Source of the DNA: Verrucomicrobiota bacterium
GTDB taxonomy: Bacteria > Verrucomicrobiota > Verrucomicrobiia > Opitutales > Seribacteraceae
NCBI GenBank assembly: GCA_036127675.1
Contig: JAYYRA010000040.1
Location: forward strand, 15,309 to 79,308
DNA length: 64,000 bases
Reading direction: 5' to 3'
Of this stretch, positions 1 through 8,425 are shown one piece after another. A program made the position numbers and the translations under genes. Below the pieces are notes generated by a model. The model had not been told where the DNA came from, did no database searches, and worked only from the letters and a program-made list of their open reading frames with translations. Within the stretch, counting starts at the first letter, position 1; every line of letters starts with the position of its first letter.

Positions 1-546
1 GATGTTTATCATAACCGTGAAATCTCTCCAGAAGTTAAAGAAATCGTAAAAAAGCTTCCGGATGACACCCAGAAAATAATTGAAAAGATTCCTGGCTTGG
101 AAGAGGTGGGGAAGATACTTGAAAAAATAGATGTTCAATATCGTTTCGAATCCGATGATGAAAGTGGAGTAAGGCTGGCAGCTTCCATCATTAAAGTTGC
201 CCTTGACTTTGATTATTATCAGCAACAGGGACATGACAAGAGTCTGATCATCCAGACGCTTTGTAGTAGAAAAAATGATTATGATCCGAAAGTTACAGAT
301 GTCTTGTCCCAACTTCTTCTGGTAGCGGAGCAATCTTTTAGACTGGAGGAGGTTTCCATTAAGAAATTAGACGCAGGTATGAGATTGGCACAAGACCTGA
401 GATTAAATGATGGTTTTCTTGTCGCTTCATCAGGTGCAGATATCGACATGCAACTTTTAAAAGTCATACGAAATTACAATTCATGTTATGACGAAAACCC
501 TTTCCCCAAAAAAATCCAAGTGACAGTGCCATTACAGGCAAGTTGA
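1..546 (+). CDS. C-terminal part of a response regulator with degenerate HD/HD-GYP-type output domain (5'-truncated by window)
   Basis: Frame is open from base 1 (DVYHNREISPEVKEIV...). 'RLAASIIKVALDFD' and 'YDPKVTDVL' resemble the end of HD-GYP-like domains. Directly upstream of a histidine kinase. Confidence 0.6.
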   Translation, partial: DVYHNREISPEVKEIVKKLPDDTQKIIEKIPGLEEVGKILEKIDVQYRFESDDESGVRLAASIIKVALDFDYYQQQGHDKSLIIQTLCSRKNDYDPKVTDVLSQLLLVAEQSFRLEEVSIKKLDAGMRLAQDLRLNDGFLVASSGADIDMQLLKVIRNYNSCYDENPFPKKIQVTVPLQAS

Positions 547-556
547 CAATTAAAAT

Positions 557-2215
557 TTGAAGGTTCGTTCATACATCGCACTTTTAACCGCTGGTAGCCT
601 TGGAGGTGCAGTGTTAATCGCTTTGTTAGGTTGGTACACATTTTCGAGTCTTAGTGAAGCGACTGCTGAATTAGAAAGGGAGTCTAAGCAAGCGGGTGAT
701 TCATCCGAGGAGTATTCGGATGTGCAGGCTTTTTTGCAAACCACTCGAAGTATCTTCGAGTCGCTCGAAATCTATCCGAAGAATTATCCCGGCATTTTTA
801 ATGTGACCAAGAAAAACCTAGCTTTTTCAAAAGAAGGATTGAACCAGATTGCGGAATATCCCAATTATGGAAAAAAGTTACTTGAACCAATCAAGCAAGA
901 TCTCGATAAAATAGAGGCAAATATCTTGGCATTGGAGAAACAATCTCCGTGGAAAGAGGACTTCACATGGGATAAAAGAAGCAAGAAAGCCCGGGCAGAT
1001 TACGAAGATACTCGAGACAATCTGAAAAGATCATTGGATGATTTGGAGTATGCTGCGGAGGGAAACAAAGTTAAATCACTACGTGAAATGGGAAAAAAAT
1101 GGTCCGATCTTCAGGCAAGTGAGGAAAGTGGTAATATTATTCTGCTAGTATCAGCTTTGCTCTATTTCTCATTCGTTGGCTTTTTAGCTTTTTTCACCTA
1201 TTCAAGTTTTGCCAGTCCGATCAAAAAATTAGAGGAAGCAGCCAAAAAATCGATTGAACAACAGATGCCTTTTACCCACAGAGAGTCGGGTCCCTATGAA
1301 GTTCGGTCAGTGACTCGGCAACTACAAGGCCTGATCATTGGTCTAGAGAGTACGGTTAAACAAAGGACAGCTGCTTTGGAGACTAGCAACAAAAAGCTTC
1401 AACATGAAATACTTCAAAGGAAAGAGTTGGAAACCCAACTTGTTCATGCACAGAAAATGGAGGCAGTCGGTCAATTAGCCTCTGGAATTGCACATGAAAT
1501 TAACTCCCCTTCCCAATTTGCCAATGATAACATATTATTCTTAAAAGATGCAGTTGAAGGATTTATTGCAAAAATCGATAATTCCCAGGCAGCTCCAGAT
1601 GAAAAAGAAATTTCTTTTCTTAAAGAGAATGCACCAGAGGCAGTAGCCCAAGCAAAAGAGGGGATTTCTCGTATAACAACCATCGTAAAGTCGATGAAGA
1701 ATTTTGCTTATCGGGATGCCGAATCCGAAAAAAAACCAAACGACCTTAATCAAGCAATACAATCCACCACTGTGGTAGCAACCAACGAATGGAAGTATCA
1801 TGCTGAATTAAAACTCGAACTGGATGAGAATTTACCCCTAGTCCCTTGCAATGTTGGCGAAATTAATCAAGTGGTGCTGAATTTAATCGTTAATGGGGCT
1901 CATGCGATTCGAGATCGTTTTGAAAATGGTCAGAAAGGTACCTTAATCGTTAAGAGTCAGCATTACCCGGATGCAAAGTGTGTTATCATATCTATTGCAG
2001 ACAACGGTGGTGGAATTCCGGAAAAAGTTAAGACCCGAATCTTTGAACCCTTTTTCACAACTAAGGAAGTTGGAGTGGGAACCGGCCAAGGATTGGCCAT
2101 TGCCCATAATGTAGTAGTCAAGTCACACAAGGGAGAACTTTGGTTTGATACAAAGGATGGTCATGGGACGGTTTTCTATATCAAATTACCAATGGAACAA
2201 GAAGCAGCGGGTTGA
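557..2215 (+). CDS. Membrane sensor histidine kinase (2 TM, periplasmic domain, HAMP-like linker, HisKA, HATPase; NtrB-like H-box)
   Basis: [21 protein letters not shown]-box, [11 protein letters not shown]-box, [20 protein letters not shown]. Confidence 0.93.
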   Translation: MKVRSYIALLTAGSLGGAVLIALLGWYTFSSLSEATAELERESKQAGDSSEEYSDVQAFLQTTRSIFESLEIYPKNYPGIFNVTKKNLAFSKEGLNQIAEYPNYGKKLLEPIKQDLDKIEANILALEKQSPWKEDFTWDKRSKKARADYEDTRDNLKRSLDDLEYAAEGNKVKSLREMGKKWSDLQASEESGNIILLVSALLYFSFVGFLAFFTYSSFASPIKKLEEAAKKSIEQQMPFTHRESGPYEVRSVTRQLQGLIIGLESTVKQRTAALETSNKKLQHEILQRKELETQLVHAQKMEAVGQLASGIAHEINSPSQFANDNILFLKDAVEGFIAKIDNSQAAPDEKEISFLKENAPEAVAQAKEGISRITTIVKSMKNFAYRDAESEKKPNDLNQAIQSTTVVATNEWKYHAELKLELDENLPLVPCNVGEINQVVLNLIVNGAHAIRDRFENGQKGTLIVKSQHYPDAKCVIISIADNGGGIPEKVKTRIFEPFFTTKEVGVGTGQGLAIAHNVVVKSHKGELWFDTKDGHGTVFYIKLPMEQEAAG

Positions 2216-2221
2216 ATCTAG

Positions 2222-3433
2222 ATGGTAAGGTCTCTTTTTAAGAAAACATTGATACTGTCTTTCTGTTTCTTTTGTTACGCTTGTTCAGATAATCAGGAAG
2301 AGAAAAAAGTTATCGAATCATACCTTCCTTTTCCTCCTAAATCACAGGAACGCCTCTCGAATAAGGATTTAAAGAGGATTGATTTAAAATACTTTTCAAA
2401 GATTGAACCAGGCGAGTTTTTAATGGGAAGCCCGCTGGATGAACCTGGCAGGGGGAAGAACGAGAAGCAGCACAAAGTGAAAATCTCCAACCCTTATTTT
2501 ATGGGAAAATTTGAAGTTACCGTCAAAGAATGGAATCAGGTACTTGGTGATTTTGCGAAAAAGGAAATCAGGTTCATCGCACCGAAAGAACATGAAAAAC
2601 TTCTGAACTGGTTTTATGAAAAACGAGAAAATCCAGAATTCAAGAGATTATCCAGGTTTGCCAATATCGAAAAGTTAAACGACTTCTTTTCCGTCATTGA
2701 GAATTTTCGTTCGAAGCCTAAAACTGTTTTTTCAATCACCTCCGCTCAATTAGGTTCGGTTCTAGCAATTCTCACCAGACTTAAGCCCGAACAAAAATTG
2801 ATTCAAGGCATTACTCCTGAAGATGTTGATTTAAAGATCGGGGGATTACGCTCTCTTTGGTCAGAAAAAATGAATTTACCAGTTACGGATGTGTCATATT
2901 CTCAAGCTTTACAGTTTTGTTTTACCAAGACTACTGAATCGCATGAAACTGGGGCGTTACCAAAAGGAATGATTTTTCGCCTTCCTACGGAAGCAGAGTG
3001 GGAATTCGCCTGTCGTGCAGGCACTAATGGCGTTTGCGGATTAGATGATGGAAATGATCTTTCCGGGGTGAATGCCAATATTAATGGAGGCTCAAGGGGA
3101 AATATTATTGGTAAGCCAAATCTACTGATTTACCGAAAAAAATTAACTTCGGTCTCGCGAGACCAACCGAGTTTGAAAGGCAATGAGTGGGGTTTGCATA
3201 ATATGCATGGAAATGTAATGGAATGGTGCTATGATTTTTATGGAGAGTACCCGGATGTATCGATTTCCATTGATCCAATAGGACCGATCAGGGGAGCGAA
3301 GAGAGTTCTTAGAGGTGGAAGTTTTTTAAGACCAGCTCAAAGTGCAAGATCGGCGGCGAGGGAAAGCTTGGAACCATCTTGGAGGGGATCAGAAATCGGA
3401 TTCAGAATAGTTTTGGCCTATCCCTTGCGGTAA
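2222..3433 (+). CDS. Formylglycine-generating enzyme (FGE/SUMF1)-like domain lipoprotein
   Basis: FLMGSP, EVT, RLPTEAEWEFACRAG, GLHNMHGNVMEWC, RVLRGGSF, IGFRIV motifs; lipobox-like YAC after a signal peptide. Confidence 0.85.
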   Translation: MVRSLFKKTLILSFCFFCYACSDNQEEKKVIESYLPFPPKSQERLSNKDLKRIDLKYFSKIEPGEFLMGSPLDEPGRGKNEKQHKVKISNPYFMGKFEVTVKEWNQVLGDFAKKEIRFIAPKEHEKLLNWFYEKRENPEFKRLSRFANIEKLNDFFSVIENFRSKPKTVFSITSAQLGSVLAILTRLKPEQKLIQGITPEDVDLKIGGLRSLWSEKMNLPVTDVSYSQALQFCFTKTTESHETGALPKGMIFRLPTEAEWEFACRAGTNGVCGLDDGNDLSGVNANINGGSRGNIIGKPNLLIYRKKLTSVSRDQPSLKGNEWGLHNMHGNVMEWCYDFYGEYPDVSISIDPIGPIRGAKRVLRGGSFLRPAQSARSAARESLEPSWRGSEIGFRIVLAYPLR

Positions 3434-3442
3434 TTCAGATTT

Positions 3443-4474
3443 CTAATTAATTTTTTCAGGAACCCATTCTTCAACATATGTTCTAACCGTCTCGGCAGGA
3501 AGAGTGAATACCGTAACCCGATCGACTCGAGCTATATTTACTCCTAAAAAATTACCCTTGATGTCGAAAAGTGGACCTCCCATGGCCTCCTTAGGTAAGG
3601 GCAAGTCATGTTGAAGAATCAAAGGGAAATTATCCTTCCTTTTGGATACGGGTCCGCTCATTTGTAGGTTTCGATTAAAAAGATCAAATGTAACGGAACG
3701 ATGGCCGAGAGTTACCTTAATTGATTTATTAAGTTTTTTTCTTTTGATTTCTAAATTAACCAGATCACCTGGATCTTTGGCTCCGACAATCTTGATGACC
3801 TGATCTCGTCTGGTGACTTTCCGAGTATCTACCCTGACAATCAAATCATTGGGCAACAGTCCCGCTCGGTATGCTGCCGCTTGGGGAACGACTTCTGAAA
3901 TCTCCACCCCTCCAAGCTTTTTACCTTCTCGTCCAAGTAGCACTCCCATGACGCCGCCTTCTCTACCTATCGGTCGCGGGCTACCACTGGCTACACCAAG
4001 GCGAATTTCTTCTAATTCGGTAAAAGCAGAAAAAACCAATGACTCTTCCGATATAGATCTAGTTTTATCCCAACGAACATGATTGAATTCTAAACCTTCT
4101 CCTTGCAGTTGATAGAGGGCCAAATCAACCTCTTCAAATCGCTTTTTGATTTTTAGTGGATAAGTTTTTCCATTCGTAAGAATGGCTTCTCTCGCTCCGA
4201 CACATGAGCTTGCTTTGGTAATTAAATAACCCTCTGGATTAATCAAGGTCCCTAGAGCGATTAGCTTCTGGTTACGAAGGAGTCGAACGGTCGTATCAAG
4301 TGCCTGGCTTTTTCCAGCCCCGAGTGCTTCTTGAGTCGTAATCCCATTTAGGCGCAAATTTTCTTCCAGAGAAGTGGAGCTATTTTCTTCAAAAAATTCT
4401 GCTCCATTAATTCTGGATAGCAAGCACAGCAATATTGATACTTTTAGAAAGTAAAGCTTCATCGAACTATTCAA
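3443..4474 (-). CDS. PDZ-containing trypsin/HtrA-like protein, predicted catalytically inactive (true start may be ATG 4462)
   Basis: Trypsin-like segments LITKASS / DLAL / AMGGPLFD with His and Ser replaced; PDZ segment GVMGV...VVPQAAAYRAGLLPNDLI; signal peptide. Confidence 0.75.
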   Translation of the reverse strand: MNSSMKLYFLKVSILLCLLSRINGAEFFEENSSTSLEENLRLNGITTQEALGAGKSQALDTTVRLLRNQKLIALGTLINPEGYLITKASSCVGAREAILTNGKTYPLKIKKRFEEVDLALYQLQGEGLEFNHVRWDKTRSISEESLVFSAFTELEEIRLGVASGSPRPIGREGGVMGVLLGREGKKLGGVEISEVVPQAAAYRAGLLPNDLIVRVDTRKVTRRDQVIKIVGAKDPGDLVNLEIKRKKLNKSIKVTLGHRSVTFDLFNRNLQMSGPVSKRKDNFPLILQHDLPLPKEAMGGPLFDIKGNFLGVNIARVDRVTVFTLPAETVRTYVEEWVPEKIN

Positions 4475-5438
4475 GCCGGGATCCTAAGTGTAAAGATAAG
4501 TCATGGACTTTACTTTCCCTCTTATATCGTATGACAACTTTTTCCGACACATCTTTGGTGGAGATCAGAATAGTTAGCTTTTCACGATTCACGATTGGTT
4601 GGTTGTTTATCCGAAGCAAGATATCACCCTGTCTCAAACCGGCCTGATCTGCAGCTGAGTTGGGTACGACTGACTGGATAACAAGACCTTCTTCCCTTTC
4701 TTCACAAGACACACCAAGAAAGCCACCTCTTTCAATTTTTTCAATAGTGAGTAACTTTTCTTTCCGGAAGAAATCCCAGTTTGCCCGAAAGGATTCAATT
4801 GGAACATGAAAGTTCTGATCAGGTCTTTTGGAAATTCTGCTATGGATTGCGATCACCTTACCATCGAAGTCAAAAAGTGGCCCTCCGGAATCGCCCCCTA
4901 GCAAGCGACTATCTGTTTGCATGGTTTCATCCTTTTTTTCAATGATCCTACCTATGCGGACAACGATACCTCTCTCTGAATCAAAGCCACCCGGGTGACC
5001 AATACCAAAGCACCAGTCACCAATTTTAGAATTTTTATTTTTTGCGATTTCGACAAAAGGCCATGGCCCTTTGTCGAGAATCTGAAGCATCCCAGCGTCA
5101 GAAATTTCCGAGCCACCTAAGCTTATTGCAGAAGCTGTTTTCCCGTCCGGAAATCGCACCTTCATTTTTTTTCCAGTCTTTCCGATAACATGTGCAGCTG
5201 TTAAAATTAACCCATCAGAAGACACAACAACACCGCTACCGGCTCCATCCATAGCCTCGATTCCAACTAATCCCTTTTTCGCTCCTGGCAGTAACTCTTT
5301 CAAACGTTTCTGAATCGCGAGTAGATCATCAGTATTTTCTGGTGATCGCTTTTCCCAGGCTTGGGTGTCTACGACTTCTGCCTGAACTCTAAACAGAGTG
5401 ATCAGAAGGAAAGAAACTAAATGAAGGCAGCGAATCAT
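4467..5438 (-). CDS. HtrA/DegP-like serine protease with C-terminal PDZ
   Basis: GSGVVV, LTAAHV (His), SDAG (Asp), GGDSGGPL (Ser); PDZ GFLGV...AADQAGLRQGDIL; signal peptide. Confidence 0.9.
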   Translation of the reverse strand: MIRCLHLVSFLLITLFRVQAEVVDTQAWEKRSPENTDDLLAIQKRLKELLPGAKKGLVGIEAMDGAGSGVVVSSDGLILTAAHVIGKTGKKMKVRFPDGKTASAISLGGSEISDAGMLQILDKGPWPFVEIAKNKNSKIGDWCFGIGHPGGFDSERGIVVRIGRIIEKKDETMQTDSRLLGGDSGGPLFDFDGKVIAIHSRISKRPDQNFHVPIESFRANWDFFRKEKLLTIEKIERGGFLGVSCEEREEGLVIQSVVPNSAADQAGLRQGDILLRINNQPIVNREKLTILISTKDVSEKVVIRYKRESKVHDLSLHLGSRLE

Positions 5439-5443
5439 AGTGA

Positions 5444-5473
5444 AATTTAAGCTTTCAATTGAAAAAGTCGCAA
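5444..5473 (-). promoter_or_regulatory. Putative sigma70 promoter for the protease pair, positioned for a (near-)leaderless mRNA
   Basis: Minus strand TTGCGA-N18-TAAATT, then 5 nt to the ATG at 5438. Confidence 0.35.
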
Positions 5474-5497
5474 ATTTTAAAGGAAAACAAAGAAGAA

Positions 5498-6403
5498 TTA
5501 ATCCAACATATCAATGTTGGTCACGGATAAATATGAAATGAGTCGCTTACAGGTTTGTTTGTACTTACCTCCCATAAAAAGGTAGGAATTGAATGTTTCA
5601 GTTGAGAGGGGTGATAATTGGTAAATAACAGGATCCAAATTTAAGATTTTACCAGAAACAATAAGGTCTGGGAGATATTCCTTTGCCTTGCTCATGGTTA
5701 CAATCTTCATGGTATGTTCGATTTGTTCGGTATCCTTGAACTCGGTTTCTTCATAGATTCCTTCTCTCTGATGAAAGGAAAGTAATCTCGTACGAATCAA
5801 GCTTTGAATCTTGAGATCACAAAGGACTTTAATTTTTGGAGATGCTGCCCATATGTCTCCATCCACACCGACCCAATTTTTTTGCGAGAGATAAAATTGG
5901 CCTCGACTAGGTGCAGCAAGAAAACGAGCGAAACGAATTGCTTTTTCAGGTTGGCTAGACTTTTTCCAAACGGAAGCTTTCACCAATCGTTGGGTTTTAG
6001 ATTGGCTTAATCCTGGGGAAACCGGTTTGAAGGCAACGGCAATCTTTTCGCCGACGCTTCTTTCAACCAAATTCGGTTCGGAGAAATTGAATTCGGAACC
6101 GATAATTAAATCGATGGGTTTTTCCAATAGGAAATTAAGACTCGTCTGGTCATTGTTGGAGAAGAAACGCAAATCTACTTCCTCATGTATTTCATTTTCA
6201 TATCCGTTTTTGATCATTTGCAAGGTTGGCTTGAGGGAATCCTCCGCCCAAACCACGATAGGATCAATGGAGGACACGGAGTTGACCTGAGAGACCTTTT
6301 CCCAGACGACCAACATTGAAGCCAGTACAAAAAGAGAGAGGAGAGAAAGGCTAACCCCGGTATATCTCGGTGTCTTAAACGCCTTTTTGAAATCAGTTGG
6401 CAT
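5498..6403 (-). CDS. Membrane-anchored hypothetical protein, weakly resembling a ModA-type periplasmic binding protein
   Basis: N-terminal TM helix; VVWAEDSLKPTL...YE...VDLRF and AIRFARFLAAP resemble ModA-family N- and C-lobes. Confidence 0.45.
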   Translation of the reverse strand: MPTDFKKAFKTPRYTGVSLSLLSLFVLASMLVVWEKVSQVNSVSSIDPIVVWAEDSLKPTLQMIKNGYENEIHEEVDLRFFSNNDQTSLNFLLEKPIDLIIGSEFNFSEPNLVERSVGEKIAVAFKPVSPGLSQSKTQRLVKASVWKKSSQPEKAIRFARFLAAPSRGQFYLSQKNWVGVDGDIWAASPKIKVLCDLKIQSLIRTRLLSFHQREGIYEETEFKDTEQIEHTMKIVTMSKAKEYLPDLIVSGKILNLDPVIYQLSPLSTETFNSYLFMGGKYKQTCKRLISYLSVTNIDMLD

Positions 6404-6455
6404 TATGTGCTACTAATTATCATTGCAAATAATGCGAAGATTAAAGTACGAGATT

Positions 6456-7235
6456 TTAAATTTCAGCATTTTGTTGGAAATCCCAAAACCGATTGATAGA
6501 GGAACTTTCAAGTTGATACAGCCAACCGCCATCGGAGTGCCTGAAAAAGTAACCAGCTAGGTTTTTCGATGAATAAAGCCAGCCAAGTGATTCGTCAAAA
6601 AACCAGAAGGAATCTTGACCATCCGGTTGAGCATATAGCCATCCAAGTCGCGAGTGGAAGATCCAATTCCCGGAATTGGGAATATACATTACTCCAAACC
6701 ATGCCTGGTACCAATTGTTCCCTAAATCTGATATTTCTTCAAAATTATCTATTAACTCGTCACCTGAACCGATTGTGCCCTCAGGTTCGGTAACAGTAAT
6801 TGCCAGAGAAAAAGCAGGAGTTACTGACCCGGTTTGGTTTCCTCCTCGATAGCCGGTTATTTCGACATTGTAGCTTCCTGTTTCCGATATTGCTCCAGTT
6901 ATGGAATTGCTTCCGTCATAATTCAATCCATTTGGTAATCCAGAAATGCGGTAACTTCCAGCCGTGTATCGGGAAGTAAAAAACTGAAAGTTCACATCTT
7001 CACCCTTTTCTACACTGATTGAATTTCCTTGATATGACCTTACTTCAGTTGTCGCTCCAGATAGGGCATGGGTTGTTACTACACTTGCGGTTGCCGGCAG
7101 CCACGCATAAATCGACTTAATCATCTCTGGTACGGGTTTACGGAGTATTTGACCAGTTAATAGAATCAATTTTGGAGCGATCGATCGAGCCTGGATAAGA
7201 AGGGCTAAAGAAAGAAGAAGGCGAAATTTATTCAT
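6456..7235 (-). CDS. Exported protein: long atypical leader ending HALSGAT, putative Ig (He_PIG-like) domain, Trp-rich C-terminal domain
   Basis: ATG 7235 lies just after the DUF4266 stop; SGLPNGLNYDG...ITG...GSYNVEIT is He_PIG-like; WFG/WIFHSRLGWLY/LGWLY repeats at the C-terminus. Confidence 0.7.
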   Translation of the reverse strand: MNKFRLLLSLALLIQARSIAPKLILLTGQILRKPVPEMIKSIYAWLPATASVVTTHALSGATTEVRSYQGNSISVEKGEDVNFQFFTSRYTAGSYRISGLPNGLNYDGSNSITGAISETGSYNVEITGYRGGNQTGSVTPAFSLAITVTEPEGTIGSGDELIDNFEEISDLGNNWYQAWFGVMYIPNSGNWIFHSRLGWLYAQPDGQDSFWFFDESLGWLYSSKNLAGYFFRHSDGGWLYQLESSSINRFWDFQQNAEI

Positions 7236-7239
7236 TGTA

Positions 7240-7461
7240 TTAATTACATCCACACCCACCGCCACCGATACTTTTTCCTCCCCTTGAAGCTTCTCTCGAA
7301 AAGTAAGCATGATCATTCATTTTCATACCTAGAGAATCACGGTCTGGTTTCATTAGTGAGTCGGCAAGATAATATCTATCCATAGGGTTAACCGTTACCC
7401 TAGGTGAACAACCAAAACAAAAAATAGAAAGAATGAAACTACAGTAAATTTTCATGTACAA
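7240..7461 (-). CDS. DUF4266 family small lipoprotein
   Basis: Lipobox-like CFGC; hallmark C-terminus HAYFSREASRGG...GGGGCGCN. Confidence 0.88.
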   Translation of the reverse strand: MYMKIYCSFILSIFCFGCSPRVTVNPMDRYYLADSLMKPDRDSLGMKMNDHAYFSREASRGGKSIGGGGCGCN

Positions 7462-8425
7462 TATGTTTGTAAAATTTATCTGTTAATTGAGATGAATCAA
7501 ATGACTGGATGCAACCTTCCACATTCCACTCGGAATTAAGCAACTGGAGTGCTTCCTGTTTTCCAATCATTAAACTGGAAGTTGAAAGCACCCCGGATTT
7601 CAGGCAACTTGGACTAATTACCGAGGCAGATCGTTCCGAATAAATCGTCGGATATCCCGTTCGACAGTCAATGGTATGCCCATACCTTCTACCTCTAAAG
7701 TCGAAAAACTTTCTGTAATTTCCGGAGGTTGCAAGAGCATGATCTTTTAAGAAAATTACAAAAGCGGGTCTTTCACTGCCACCCGTTCTTTCGATGCCGA
7801 CCTTCCACGAGCAATCTTCGGAAGCAGACCCAGATGCGAAAAGATCTCCACCGAAATCGACAAGAAAATTTTCGCATGAAATGGATTTTAGAATTTCCGC
7901 AACCTTGTCGACAGCGAATTCCTTTCCAAAACCTCCAAAATCAAGTCCCATTCCTTGGAGTGGAAGAAAAATCTCATCTTTCGAAAATTGAACTTTTTCC
8001 CAACTTACCAATTCTACAGCATGCTGAATTTTTGATTCTTCTGGAATTTGCCCGATTCGTTTTGCTTCTTGCCAAAGCTTGGTCAAAGGAAGACAGGATG
8101 GGTCTATTACTCCCTGGCTATGAAAGTTAGAAAAGGTTGCCGCTTGCAGAAGTTGAAAGTCTTCAGGCGTACATTTTAAAGAATATTTACCTGCTGCCTC
8201 GTTGATTTTTGATAACCAGCTTTCAGGCAAATATCTTGAGTATCGCTCTTCAAAGCAATGAACCCATGAGACAATTTTTTGACTTGCAGATTCGTGATTA
8301 ATTGAATCCAAGGGCGAAAATTTAACTTTGCAGGCGGTACCGAATGCTTCAAAGCAAAGTACTACCAGTTCTTGTTCTTTGAATAGGCTAAAATTCTTCG
8401 GCGGTTGAACCTTTAATACTCCCAT
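7439..8425 (-). CDS. apbE: FAD:protein FMN transferase (ApbE family)
   Basis: AFGT, SRYLPESWLSKIN, IDPS, LDFGGFGK, VDFGGD, ATSGNY, YGHTID motifs. Confidence 0.9.
   Translation of the reverse strand: MGVLKVQPPKNFSLFKEQELVVLCFEAFGTACKVKFSPLDSINHESASQKIVSWVHCFEERYSRYLPESWLSKINEAAGKYSLKCTPEDFQLLQAATFSNFHSQGVIDPSCLPLTKLWQEAKRIGQIPEESKIQHAVELVSWEKVQFSKDEIFLPLQGMGLDFGGFGKEFAVDKVAEILKSISCENFLVDFGGDLFASGSASEDCSWKVGIERTGGSERPAFVIFLKDHALATSGNYRKFFDFRGRRYGHTIDCRTGYPTIYSERSASVISPSCLKSGVLSTSSLMIGKQEALQLLNSEWNVEGCIQSFDSSQLTDKFYKHIVHENLL

Noticed and set aside
7236-7316. ORF-track 5' extension of the Ig-domain gene (MIMLTFREK...)
   Set aside because: It overlaps the DUF4266 gene in another frame. ATG 7235 right after the DUF4266 stop gives a sensible leader.
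7729-8130. 133-aa plus-strand ORF
   Set aside because: Antisense shadow of apbE with no recognisable motifs.
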